Below, in pieces: positions 13,867-26,551 of a stretch of DNA of 64,000 nt. Numbering within the stretch: position 1 is the stretch's first letter; each line of letters starts with the position of its first letter. The notes beneath the pieces were generated by a model. It was given only the letters and a program-made list of their open reading frames with translations. It was not told where the DNA came from and ran no database searches. The DNA lies in assembly GCA_051294375.1 (NCBI GenBank), contig CM119263.1, positions 827,756 through 891,755 on the forward strand. Reading direction: 5' to 3'. This DNA is from Paraspadella gotoi. Lineage: Eukaryota > Animalia > Chaetognatha. The position numbers and the translations under genes were made by a program.

Positions 13867-16331
13867 TTCTCCTCACGTGTTGTCTGTCCATGGGTTATCG
13901 TCCGAGAATACGATGGTGTTGGTCTCGGGTTCGTATCTCCTCGCTGCTCGCAAGATCATGAGATCGATGGAACAGCCCTGTGGAAGAAGACATCACAGAT
14001 CAAGGGGAAAGACATAGTTTATACTAAATGTTGGAAACGATTACAAATTTATACGAATTCTACCACTAGTAGTTTATTATTTAATTCTTAATTTTTAAAG
14101 AAAATCTCTCTTCTCACTGGTGCAATTTAATCTTTACATAAAAGAAAAGGCAATGTTAATTTAATTCAGGTAATTGATTAATTTACTGAAATTATTAAAT
14201 TAAATTAAATTATTATTTATGAATAGTTATTTTTTGTATCATTTCGTTGCTCTTCCAATGACTTCACAAAGTGCTATTTCGATTGCCCCTAATAATTGCT
14301 ATGTCAACTGAATTACTACTAACTTCCAGGATAAACTAAGTAGAAGTTGACGGGAAAGAATTCTAGCGAAAGGAAACGCTTAAGATTAAGATTAAGATTA
14401 ATTCTAGCGAAAGGAAACGCTTAAGATTAAGATTAAGATTAAGATTAATTCTAGCGAAAGGAAAATCTTAAGATTAAGATTAAGATTAAGATTAAGATTA
14501 ATTCTAGCGAAAGGAAACGCTTAAGATTAAGATTAAGATTAAGATTAATTCTAGCGAAAGGAAACGCTTAAGATTAAGATTAAGATTAAGATTAATTCTA
14601 GCGAAAGGAAACGCTTAAGATTAAGTCGAAGTAAAATATGAAATGAAAGATTAACTAGTATATATACTAAATTTAAAAAGTCAAGAAAGATTAAGTGGAA
14701 GAAGAGGAAAGAGAAAGGTAAGTTTAAGAAAAAGTGAGGAAATCCGACTTTGAAGGGAAGGACATTTGGGTGAACTGACCTTAAGCAGAATGACCTTGTC
14801 CTCTTGGCAGATGTTTTCGAAGAGAGGGATCTTCTTTGCGAACTCCACGATCAGTTGCACAGTCAGAATTGTATTCTCTACCATCTGACGAAGCTGAACT
14901 TTCTTCTTGTCCGTCGCTTCCGCCGGATCCCAAGATTCGTCCAGAGTTTTCTGTGTTAAAATAAAGAGGATAATAATCATCCAGGTTCTTTTGGCGAAAG
15001 TGAAGGTGAAGGTGACCTTAGTCACCAAAGATCCTTTTTCACCGAACGACAGTGAAGCCTTCGTTGTCGTCGTCGTCTGACTTTTCTCTCCCTTTTTTTT
15101 TTCACATTCGAAAAAGTCGTTTTTTCTCACAAGTCAAGAACCAAAAACTGCATTTTCTCTCTTTTTCATCGTCGTCGAAATCAAATATTACTTAAAATTG
15201 TTCTTTGAGTCTTCTTTATTATTAGTTTGAATTTATGTTAATATTTTGTCCTAACGAACGTAGTCTGTTTATTTCTAAACAAGACTTCGTCTTTGTTCAC
15301 ACGTGAACCAGAAGAACATTTACTTACCCACATATAAACTCGCATGCCATTTCACCTAAACGAACATAAAGAATTAAGAAAAAGGGACTCACGGAAATTT
15401 TGGCCTTTTCCTCTGGGGTCGGGAGTTCGAATCTGTCCTGATAGTAAACGATTTGATCCAACATTTCCCAGTCGTTTTCAGTGAGAGCGAATCCCCTATC
15501 AATTTCGTCGTCAGAGAGAGTCGCCTTCATGAATCTGGCGGAGATAGAATGACATCAATGATGACAATGACATTGAGAGAAATGCGTTGATATTCAATAT
15601 TTGACGTTCAATAAATGACTTCCTAACAAGTAACAAGAATCATTTACTGTATAATGTCTATGAGAAAACATCGGACACAAAGTCTATTAATCTTGCGTTC
15701 TATAGCTATAGATGATCTCTCTATTACAACACTAAACCTTAAAATATTCACAAATTCAGAATCATGAAATATAAAATTTAAGTTAAGTTATAAAATTTTT
15801 TTTTTTAAATAAGTTATTATTTTAATTTAATTATAACTATATTTTATAATATTTCACTAAATTTTCTTTAAAATATAGTAAAACATGTAATCTTGAAACT
15901 TTCAAAAGAGCTTAATTATTGAATGCATGGATATAAGGGATAATTTTTAAATTGCTTTAACCAATTTCATTGAGACTAATGGATGAACAAAAGACAATCT
16001 TCACCAACCTCGGCATCATAATTTTGTCATTATCATTATCATTATCATCATCATCATTGTCGAAAATAAGAAGAAAAGCGTGAAGGCCGATCGCATCCTC
16101 TCACTTGAGCGGGTCGTCGGACGGGCTTCTACTGGGTCCGGGAGCGGGCGACTGGGTGCGGACTTGTTCGTTGGCCGATGACGACGACGACGACGACGAT
16201 GCCGACGCCGGCGGGAGATCGACGGCGTTGGCGGCGCTGGCGGCGCTGGAGCGTTGAGAGAAGATGGCGGAAATGGCTTGCCGCCTCTCTTCTCTTGGCG
16301 AGCCTTGCATGGTCCTCGGAGAGCAGACCTG

Positions 16332-16408
<77 letters not shown>

Positions 16409-17128
16409 AACAAAATCCATAATCGATTTCTTTCCTTATAACGAAATTCAAAAAAATTTTTGACTTTTTACTCACATTCTTCCTCATGCCGACTTCCCGA
16501 CACTTTTGCAAGCGACACGCCTGACACTTTCGCCGCAGCCACATGTCCATCTGCGAGATGCAGCGGCCGCCATATTTGCAGCGGTAGGACTTGTCTGCAC
16601 CGCGGGTGATTGAGCGGCGGAAGAAGCCTTTGCAGCCTTCGCAGGAGAGGGCGTGTAGTGATACCCGGAGGCGCGGTCTCCGCAGATCAGGCACAGCTCT
16701 TCCTCGCCCTTGGAGGCGCTTTAGATGCTTGAGATCGGGATTTCTTGCTCGCGCTCGCCATCTTTCCGCCTCCTGAATAGATGACAGATTTATGACAGAT
16801 TTATGACAGATTTATGACAAAGGATTTATGTCCTAAGATCCGGGTTTCAACATGGCAAGAAATTCCAAACCAAACTAGAGTCTAAGGCAAAGGCTAAACG
16901 CGCGTTGATGCAGTAAACTAATTCGTAATTAATTTAAGATTCAAACCTTACCTTGGTGAGGAAGCGGCGAGGGTGAAGGCGTGGTGGCAGGAGTCGAAGT
17001 GGGCGTGGCTTCGGGTCTGAGTCCGGCGGCGGCGGCGGAGATCGGAAACGTGTTTCCGACCGAAGGTGACGCCGGCGTGTAGGGGGACAGAGCGTCAATG
17101 ACCATCGCGCCGCTTCCAGAGGGCGCGC
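6117..17128 (-). CDS. EcR: Ecdysone receptor-like nuclear receptor (NR1H: EcR/LXR/FXR group), core multi-exon gene covering end of A/B, DBD, hinge and LBD
   Basis: GT-AG exons 16952-17128, 16476-16772, 16105-16328, 15393-15534, 14780-14950, 13877-13977, 13420-13541, 12876-13026, 6117-6203 join in compatible phases. Motifs: [32 protein letters not shown]...[79 protein letters not shown]. Several 1-bp frameshifts in the DBD, hinge and last exons. Confidence 0.9.
12876..13026 (-). CDS. EcR: Nuclear receptor LBD exon (helices 9-10)
   Basis: ttccag / gtgag boundaries; [49 protein letters not shown]. Confidence 0.9.
13216..13440. repeat. 33-bp tandem repeat made of an exon 3' end plus its splice donor
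   Basis: About 7 units of tgcatctgcttatttcaag|gtcagtcagttctt on the minus strand. Confidence 0.92.
13420..13541 (-). CDS. EcR: Nuclear receptor LBD exon (helices 7-8)
   Basis: aacag / gtcagt boundaries; [41 protein letters not shown]. Confidence 0.9.
13877..13977 (-). CDS. EcR: Nuclear receptor LBD exon (helix 5, beta sheet)
   Basis: ccacag / gtgagg boundaries; [34 protein letters not shown] resembles EcR ACSSEVMMLRxARRYD. Confidence 0.9.
14359..14625. repeat. Intronic compound minisatellite aattctagcgaaaggaaacgc(ttaaga)n
   Basis: Six copies with a variable number of ttaaga hexamers. Confidence 0.92.
14780..14950 (-). CDS. EcR: Nuclear receptor LBD exon (helices 3-4)
   Basis: [31 protein letters not shown], the EcR helix-3 signature; acag / gtcagt boundaries. 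Confidence 0.92.
15393..15534 (-). CDS. EcR: Nuclear receptor hinge / helix 1 exon
   Basis: [47 protein letters not shown]; ccag / gtgagt boundaries. Confidence 0.88.
16105..16328 (-). CDS. EcR: Nuclear receptor T-box / hinge exon
   Basis: Starts CLLSED, ends PSDDPLK|gtgag; needs two 1-bp corrections to stay in frame. Confidence 0.75.
16476..16772 (-). CDS. EcR: Nuclear receptor C4 zinc-finger DNA-binding domain exon
   Basis: [13 protein letters not shown](N)[59 protein letters not shown]; P-box CEGCKG; apparent 1-bp deletions near 16657 and 16710. Confidence 0.92.
16952..17128 (-). CDS. EcR: Nuclear receptor A/B-region exon (S/P/T-rich, DALSP motif)
   Basis: Open GC-rich frame [23 protein letters not shown]...SPLPHQG ending at gtaag, in phase with the DBD exon. 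Confidence 0.7.
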
Positions 17129-17609
17129 CTTGATCCGTTTTTTTTAAGGAGAAAAAATTAAAAAAAATTTAAGTCCAACAAAAATAAAACATTTTTAACA
17201 AAATCCGTCTTAGCGTGAATAATACATGATTAATTGAAAAAAAAACATTGAAAGTATTCATGATTTCTCGTCGGCATAGACTACAATGAATTGAGCATTC
17301 TGAACCCTTCGACCTTGAGTTATTTTGCGTCAAAATCCACCGCCCAAAAGTCAACGGGGAAACTGAGAAGAAACGCCCGCGATTCATCAAGACTAATGTC
17401 AATTATTATGTGGTTAAAAATAACGCCCTGTTTACCTTATCATTTATCATTCGTTAAATATGTAAATAGTTAAAAAGGGGAAATGAGAAATAAGTTTTTT
17501 CGCTCAAAGTTTCCTTCTCTTTTCTTAATTATTTTCTACATAGACGAAACCAGACAGACAGACAGACAGACAGACAGATTTCAGACTGATCAATTCTCGA
17601 CTTTCGTTG

Positions 17610-17662
<53 letters not shown>

Positions 17663-17706
17663 TCTCTCTCTCTTCTCTCTACATACAGGTTTTTTTCCTG
17701 ACTCAC

Positions 17707-19701
17707 GCGAATCAGACCGCGATGGACGAATCGGGGCTGCAGCTTTTATCGCTGCCGCCACCACTGCTGCCGTTGCTGCCCCGGCCACCGGCCGCTGCTG
17801 CAGTTTCCCGCGCCGAAAACCGAGACGCTTCGGGGTGAGGCGAGCGGGTGATTTCCAAGAGGCGAGTTGGGATCTGTGATGAAAAAAAAAAAAGGTATCA
17901 TCGAAGGAAAAAACAAAAAAACCAAATAAATGTTGTAAGTTTAGTTATATTAAACGAAATTTAAACGGTATTTAGAATATTGTCTTTCTTGTCTTTTCTT
18001 CCTTAATTTATAACTTGGCAACCTCAAATTAAAAATGTCAAAGAAAAGAGGACGTTTCGCCGCAGGTACGAGAGCGCCAACTTCTTTTTTTCAAATCGTC
18101 AACACGAAAAATCGATTAAAACGTCAAAAACCCGGATTTTCGGCGAGAAGTTAAGAGACGACGCCGACCTTAAAATCAGACGCGAGGTGGGCGTGGACAT
18201 TGTTAAGTCTCGAATAAAGTCGAGTGAGGCTCGCGTGTGGGGCCCCTGTTTTCCGAGAGTGCCCCATTTCTATTCGTATATTATAGAATTTAATTTTAAC
18301 CTTAATATTCAATATAAATATTTTTTTAATCCCATTTGTTTATCGCAGATTCTGACTTTATAATCCATATAGGCGGTCTGTCGGTCTTTCCCCCAAATAA
18401 GTTATTAAACCTATAAAACAATCACGAGCCTATAATGCTTAACTTTTAAAAATATTTTGCTTTATATCGCGATTTTACTAATTTTTTTGTTCATATTTTT
18501 TACGGCCGTTTTTACTATCGATATCCAAAGGAATTTAAGCATTAATTTCCATACTGATTGTTATTAAAAGGTATTTTGCCCGGAGAAACATCACGTTTAA
18601 ATACTTTGGTATGAGCAAAACATCAGATTCTCATCTGCAATAGCATGAGAATAAGCAGCAATTCTTATACTAATCTTAATCCTTAACCTAAATTAATCCT
18701 AAACCTTAACCCTATATTATTTTTGTTAATTTTTAACACCAACCTTTAAGTAAACACTAATCCTAAACTCAAATCTTTAATCCTAATTATTAACCAAATC
18801 CCTAACTTTAATCATAAACTTAACCTTTAGGCTAATTCTTAACCCTAACCTTTAATTTATTTTTAACTTGAAAAATAAATTTAATTCCAAATTTAAGATG
18901 AAAGGGGGCGTTCTGGGAAAATAAGGCCGCGTTGAGTATGTATTTTTTTGGCTGCTTATTGTCTATCACTCGTTCTTTAATCTGTAACAGCTCGTTTTGT
19001 GTTGAGTAAGATCGAAAGAGATCGAAAAGAGAGCAAATGTGAGCGCCTCACTCACCTTTTAAACCAGCCTTACCATTTAAACTCACTCACTCACCTTTTA
19101 AACCAGCCTAACCATTCAAACTCACTCATTAACCTTTTAAACCATCCTGACCTTTTAAACACTTACTCACTCACCTTTTAAACCATCCTTGATTCCTTTA
19201 ACTCGCCCCTTCGCCCGATTCGATCGAGTCAAAAATCTAAATTCGTCTCGAGGCATTTCTCTTCCGGAAATAACTTAATCTCGTCCAGACGGGGACGACG
19301 GATCGAGTTCTGTTGCTAGGCGACGCGGTTGGGATTATAGTAGATCTCGGGTTCGAGCCCGCGCACAAACGTTCCATTTTTTTTTCCTATTTGGTCTCAA
19401 GAGAAAAATGCCCGTCATTTTCAAGGGAACGTGCGCCGGTGTCCGAACGGGGACGCTGATGCTCCGAGGTAAGGAAGTCGAGCGTTGCCTGAAACCTTAC
19501 CCGGGGCCTTTAAACATCAAATCGAAGAAACCAATAAGAATGCGTTGTTTTCCGGCAACGATTGAGTCGAGACGTTAAAACAAAACAAATGAACGAAGTT
19601 GGAACGAGTAGAGTTTTGTTTACATTTTTTCAATCTTCAAATCAAGGTCAGTTATTTCATGTTGGACAGTTCGATTCTTGGCCGGGCGAGGGCGTTCCAA
19701 C

Positions 19702-19783
<82 letters not shown>

Positions 19784-22700
19784 GGAAGAGAGAGAGAGAG
19801 AGAAGAAAAAAAATTATAATCGAATAAAATTTTCTCAAATTGATTTTTAAACGATATTAAGGAAGAGCAAGAAAAAGGAAGACCGGTTACTTCAAAATTC
19901 TTTCAAGCCGCTTCGAAAATCGAAATGCGGTTATTCTTCTTTTTTTTTCTTTCCAGATTCGATGGACTAGAAGCAAAAATTGTGGATTTTGGTTTTTAAA
20001 AAAACAAAACAAATATCAAGGCCTTGTTGTAATTCGTACCATAGCGAGGTTATCAAGACAATCAGTAATTCTTATTTATCGTTAAAGTTCTAATAGGATT
20101 TATATCAAGCCCCAGCCATTTTCCTTTTTTTTCAAAAACCTTTCTGCAATTGATCCACTCTACTGGTCCAGATTCGTGACTTGAAACAAGAAAAAACCGG
20201 CGAATCCAGGGATTTAAGACGAAAAACACGAAAGCACGAAGACAAACTCGTTGCTGAGCTCGATTCTCCTTCGTCGGAAGACTTACCCTTTTGGTAAGGC
20301 AGAACTTGCCTTAGTTCGAAAAAATGACCTGGTACAGTAAGTAGTACATCTAACCGTATACTATTTACCAGCATTTATCTTTTTCACTCTGAATGCTCAA
20401 GCAAAAAATGACCAGTAGCCTCGAACCATTAACTCACCTTCTTTTCGAACTTACCCCTCAATCTAGCGCCACGTCCGGGTGATGAAAGATGAGCCGGGCC
20501 CGGAGAGGCGTGGCCGAAGCCCGAGACGACTCGATCGGGAGATGGCGTCGAACGGACGGCGCCGATCGACGACAGGAACGCCGCCCCGTTGCGAGACGCA
20601 GCCTGTTGTTGTTGTTGTTGTAGTTCTTCTTGTTGACGGGAGAATGGCGACGCCGCCGGCGGCAAAGCGAGCCTCGACGCGCCGCTTCCGCGTCGAATCG
20701 GAAAGAGATGATCTTTTGTTTCGTGATCGAAAGGATGCGCTTTTGCTTTGGGATCGAAAGGATGCGCTTTTGTTTCTCGATCAAAGGGACCGGCTTCTGG
20801 TTTTTTGCTTAGATCCACTGCGGTCACGTGATCGTGGGTCTCGGGTCTAAAAAAAAATAGATCAAGAGGGTAGGAAAACAAATCGAGATGGGATTTTTTA
20901 AAAATATATATTATTAAATAAATATATAAAAAATAAAGAGTTGTACAATGAAAGCAAAAATGAGAGAATGGAAAGAGATTAATAACTTAAGGTTTAGAGA
21001 AAGAAAACAGAGCAATAGGGACGGATACAGAAATGGGATATACATACAATTAATAAAAATCCTTTTTTTTTATACAAAATTAACTACCCTCACGTTTATA
21101 CGAGAGAAGCAGAAACGAATTAGTTCGAAACATCAAAATAACATTTGTGAAATAATAAAATAAAAAAATACTTCAACGCGTGGGATAAGAGGAGTGTGTT
21201 TTTGTCGCCGAGTAAAAACTCTTATCAAGAGAAGCGAAGCGTCGTTTATTTAATTAATTAACTCTCGTTTGTCGCTTTTTTTTTTAGTAATTGTTCCCCC
21301 CCCTCATTTCTGCTCTGAAGATTATATATCCTCTAATGATTGGCTCTTCGTATATTTGTACAGCTTGCGTGGCCGAGATAGATAACATTTTGACCTAAAA
21401 CTTAGTTTTTATTAGAAAATACTTTGGCTTTTCGTCGATGTTCAAACTTCTTTTAATTCCCCTTTATTGATTTTAAAAATCACAATAACTATCTCATAAA
21501 TGATTAACTTCATAATACTTAATAGGCTCATTATTTAAACCGCGGTGGAATTCGTTCGAGGCTCATTAACGTCGCAAATAAAATTTTTCTCAACACGCGC
21601 GCAATTTAAAAAAAAAATTGGTTCGATTATGTAACGGAAGCTCACTAAATTAATCTTTATTTCATTTAATCCTATTTTCTAGGTCGTTAGTCTTAATTAT
21701 AAAGAAAACGATAAAAAAAATAAAAGAATTATGATTAAAGTCACCCTGGGAATCATCATTAAAGTCACCTCAGGATCGGATGAATCGTCGCCGTGGGTAA
21801 AATCGGAAATTGATGGTTCGACTCTTGCAAACCGTAAATCGAATCTTGGAACAAAAGAACAATAGCATTTAAATAAGTCTATATTGTAGCGCTACAATAT
21901 ATCAAAATTATATCGCAAGAGTTTAAACTCGGTTTTCCGAAACCAAGCAAGTTTGTCGTGATGTAATATCACTACCCGTTGGATACGACTGTTCCTTCCA
22001 TCAGCGCCGTGATAGCGCACTTGGTTGAACCACCGATAGCAAGCCTACCGCCGGCTCTCAAGTTCCGGAAAGCAAGGCAACTGACGGAAAAATCTCCCAG
22101 ACCCACTGGGCACACTAAGAGTGGAGGCTAGCCACACTCACCAAGAGGAATGGCCAGTTGGCCACCATCTCTCCTCTCGGTCACTTCACGTTTCCCAATT
22201 TCCAAAAAGCTTACCTCCGTTCCGATACAAAGGAAAATGTCGCTTGTGAGGATAAATGGAAGCATGATTGGCGACGTCGATCCCGCCACCCGCAACGCCG
22301 ATTGGCGCGACACGCCACGCCGCTGAGGAAAACGAAGAAAACCATAAGAGAAAGGGAGAAAACAAAAGGGGAAAAGGATCTTGATATAAGGAAAGACTTA
22401 CTATCGTATAAATATAAATTACTTCTAAATATATTTAAAAATTTATTAACAAGATAATTTTTAAATAATCAATAAAAGTTAAAATTAATAAAATTGATAA
22501 AAAAAAATAATTAGTGTTTATTGCACCATCTTATTTGTGCTGTCAACACGAATACTTAACTTAATTTTACTGAAAATAATAACACGTTTTTTCACAAGGC
22601 TGTACATTCAATCATCCAACATTTCCGGAATTGTCACGAATAAAAAAAGTCTCCCATCAAAGCATTGGTGACTCTCATTCACACCGATGAAGCCGATTCT

Positions 22701-25700
22701 CCTCTCATCTTTGTCCTTTCCCTCCTTTGTCCTTGTCCCTCCCCCGTCTTTGTCCTTTCCCTTCCTTTCACTTAACGCTTCTTGCATCGTGGCTCGACCC
22801 AGATTTCTCTCTCTGCCAACAGTTTCCATGTACTTACTTTTTACCTCAAATAATCATCGCCCAATAAATTCCATCTCTCTTCAACTTATTTCTGTTTGCA
22901 AAAACCAACCGCGCATTCGTGATATATTTACTTTGCAAAGTTGACAATCAACTGACGCAACAATTTAGCCGCAAATCGCTTTAGTATCTCATCTTAATCT
23001 TTACCCCACTCATGATTTTATCAAATATTTTCCCTCATCTTTCCATTCCTCAGCCAGTCCCCCCGCCCCCCCGCTGTCACGGCCTCGTCGCTATGGGAAT
23101 AAGAGGATCGGAAATGAGATGACGTCAAATCTCAAGAAAGAGAAAAAAAAAACCCGATGACTTGGATAAAACAAATGTAGAGAAATAAATATTTTTTTTT
23201 ATTATGACCAAGACATCAAGAGTGGTGATAAAATAATAAAGTGCAACTTGCTGACAAACAGACAAAAAAATATTTTATTTCGCAAAAGCTAAGAATTTAT
23301 TTATATTTATATAAGATTAATAAACGATGGGGCGGGGAGACCATTTTTAAAGCCATCTTTCTCAACTCACTGTAATCATGTAAATCTACAATATATATAT
23401 AATACATACCATGGGAAAAGAAATATTTTTTTTTCTGTCAAAAATATTAATAATAAAAATAAAAAGAAAAAAAGAGACGCAAACGTCAAAACAAAAAGAC
23501 ACTGATCTTCCAAGAGAATCGATTCTCGAGTTCAAAAACAAAAACCACATTTTGGCTCTCTTATCCAAAAGCAACTCATTTCTCTTTCTTAATCCCTGAA
23601 CTATAATCCTTAATTCTAATCTTCAGCTTTAACCTTAAACCTTAATTTTTTAATGCTAATCCTTAACCCAAAATCTCAGTCCTTAACTCCCTAACCTTAA
23701 TCACTAAATTTATTATTAAGCCAAATCTTTAAACTTAAAAATTAACTTAATTCTCGATCTAAAAACGAAACGAGGCGTTTTGAGAAAATAAGGCCCATTT
23801 TTCTTTGGATCGGGAATGAAAAAGATGACGTATATCGACTTACCAAAAAAATAAATAACAACAATAACAACGGCCACAGGTGACAGTAATCGAGACACGA
23901 CACGACATGACATGACATCGACTCACCCTCCTCCTTGATCCTTTGAATCGCGTGTGAAAATTCCGTCTCGCGAAATCTTCTCTCGGTTTCTCCCAGAGGC
24001 GTCGGGGAAGGGGCGGCCCAAGGGCGGCGTACGGCGCTAGCGGGCGGAGCGGGCGGAGCGGGGGGAGCGGGCGGAGCGGGCGAGCCTCTGGGGTGGTTCG
24101 TCTGGAATTCCCGGATGAAAACCTTCTTGTGATGTTGGGGTCGAGAGTCGGGAGATTCCGCTTCGAAAGCGGAAGCAAATCTGAAGGAATGAGAGAGGTT
24201 GGTCAAGAAGGGGGTGAATTGAATGGGGCATTTTGATTGGGGGATTTTGATTGGTGGATTTATTGGTGGAGAGATAAGTTTATTTTGATTGGTGGCGTAA
24301 GGAACTGGATTGTACTCATAAGATTTATGACTTTCGGCGTTAAAGGAAAAAAAAAATCTAATTTCAGATTTAAAGAAAATATTTTAAAAATTCCGCGAGC
24401 GAGTTTTGAAATTTAAAAGCAAAATGTCTTACAAGATGCCCGCGGTCGTTTTGGATCCAAAATAGCTTGCACCAGCAAAAAAAAAACAAATTATAGTGAC
24501 GGCTGTTGCGTCGAATCAGCAATTAATTCGAATTATCATAATTTTTAAAAAACATTGTTCTGATTCTTTCTTCGTTGCGTTTCAGATTATAAAAAGTTAA
24601 ATAACTTTGTTATTATTTACTAAAACTACGTTATTATTAAAAAAATAAACATGTTTTGGGTTTGGTCATGCGCTGATGAAGGCTAACATACCATAGCCAT
24701 AGCCATATCATTCTAATTTGGTACTTACCTGTTTTTTCTATCCGTTGTCGTCGTCGTCGTCGTCGTCGTCGATGACAAAAGGGAATCGGAGGTAAGTGCG
24801 CGTTGGATCCGGAGTTTGAGTGGAACGGCGGACAAATCGAGGCCTGCTGGATTGAGACAAGGTAAGTACGAAGTGAGAATATAGCGAGAAAAGTGCAAGA
24901 GGTGAGTGCAAGAGAGATGAGATGTGGACGAGGACAAGTCACGTGACAATTCAAAAGAACAACGTAGAACGGATGAAGCTTAATCATTAAAGCGCGGTAT
25001 TGATAAAATAAAATAAAATTTTGAAAGTAAATTGATCTGAGATGGGAAAATGAAAAAAAAACGAATTAGAAAACTACCATGTCGGTCAAATAGGTTTATA
25101 AAAAAAAACAGACAAAATAAAACAAAAACAAACAAAATACACGTATAAAAACAACGGGAAATATTCTGTTGACAGATTTATAGAAAATTGATTAAATATC
25201 GAAATACGTAATTCAAGAATTTTGAAAGAAAGACTAAATTTATTTCGAAAGTAATTAACGTAATAAAATTAAATTTATTAATTTTGGTTTTGTGATATTA
25301 TACGACATTTAAACCGTTTTCGAGTTAGCGACATAGAAATGCCTACATAGTCTCCGTTAATTATCTACATTCTAAGGTTATTGTAAAGCATATCTTGAAA
25401 ACAGAAATTAAAAACATAAACTTTCCACAAAATTCGAATTGTCACGTTTTTTTTGAAAAGTTATTTTGTGGTAGTAGAAGAAAATTCACATAAAAAAGAG
25501 AAATAAAAAAAATATGTCTGCTATTGACTTTTTCTTTTTATAAATAATCGAAAAAAAAAAACCAGACTAAAATGTAAGAAAAATAAGGCGATCGTTAATG
25601 ACAGCTTTGTCGGTTTGTTAATGACAGATTTGTCGTTTTTAATTTCCAATTTTATTGTTGACTTTTCAAGTGCAGTGAAAAAAAAAATTGTTTAAAACGA

Positions 25701-25817
25701 TGGGTGTTCGTTTAAAATGAATTTGGGGACAGAAACTGGAAGAAACAGGGTAGAAGACGAGACGCGATTTGGCGTAACGACTTTCTTACTTCCACCTCTG
25801 TCTGTCTCTGTCTTCTG

Positions 25818-25859
<42 letters not shown>

Positions 25860-26551
25860 CTTCGGATGATACTTACCTTTTTTCTTGTTGCTGATGATTG
25901 TCTAAAATAGTTGACTCTCTCTCTCTCTCTCTTTCCTCCCTCTCCTCCATCTCTCTTTTCTCTCTCTCTCTCTCTTTCCTCTCCTCTCTCCTCTCGGATG
26001 ATACTTACCTTTTTTTGTTGCTGATGATTGTCTAAAATAGTCTGCCGATCTCTCTCGTCTCTCTTTCCGATCTCTACAGGTCATCTTTCCCTTTCTGTTG
26101 TCTTCCTCTCTATTCCATCCCCTCTCTTGGATGAAACTTACCATGTTTTCATTTGTTGGGCGTGAATGAAGTTGTCTAAAAATAGTTAGACTCTCTCCCT
26201 CTCTCTTTCTCATCAATCTGCGTCATCCTCTCGAGGAATTTCTCTCTTTCTGTCTTCCTCGTCTCTCCTCTTGCGATGAAGAAAGTACTTAACACCTATT
26301 TTTTTCTTGCATGTTGCTGATGATATCGTCATACAAAATAGTTGACAAGAGATAATCTCTCTCATCGTTCTGAATCAGATCTACCATCTCTCCAAGTACG
26401 TTAACTCGTTCGCTCGGTCCTTCTTTACCTCTTTCTCTCGTCTCTCTCTCTCTCTCTCTCTCTTCTCCTCTCTTTCTTTCTTTTGTCTTCCTCTGCTTCC
26501 TCCTCTTCTTCTTGGATGATACTTACCTTTTTCTTGTTGCTTGATGATTGT
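17707..26551 (-). CDS. Probable upstream A/B-domain exons of the nuclear receptor (17707-17873, 20287-20328, 20455-20846, 22215-22322, 23927-24180, 24729-24843, microexon copies 25877-26551)
   Basis: Each is bounded by AG / GT(A/G)AG and most are GC-rich islands. Most junction phases agree, but the 22215-to-20846 junction and the 17707-17873 exon need a frame correction. Product is low-complexity P/S/Q-rich, as expected for an AF-1 region. Confidence 0.55.
18670..18930 (+). repeat. Dispersed element with degenerate (CCCTAA)-like repeats ending in aatttaagatgaaa...cgttctgggaaaataaggcc
   Basis: Related copies at ~2855-2998, ~23590-23795, ~49563-49990 (minus) and ~54140-54300. Confidence 0.7.

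Noticed and set aside
14359-14625. Repeat-spacer-like array resembling CRISPR
   Set aside because: The spacers are only variable numbers of ttaaga, it is intronic, and there are no cas genes.
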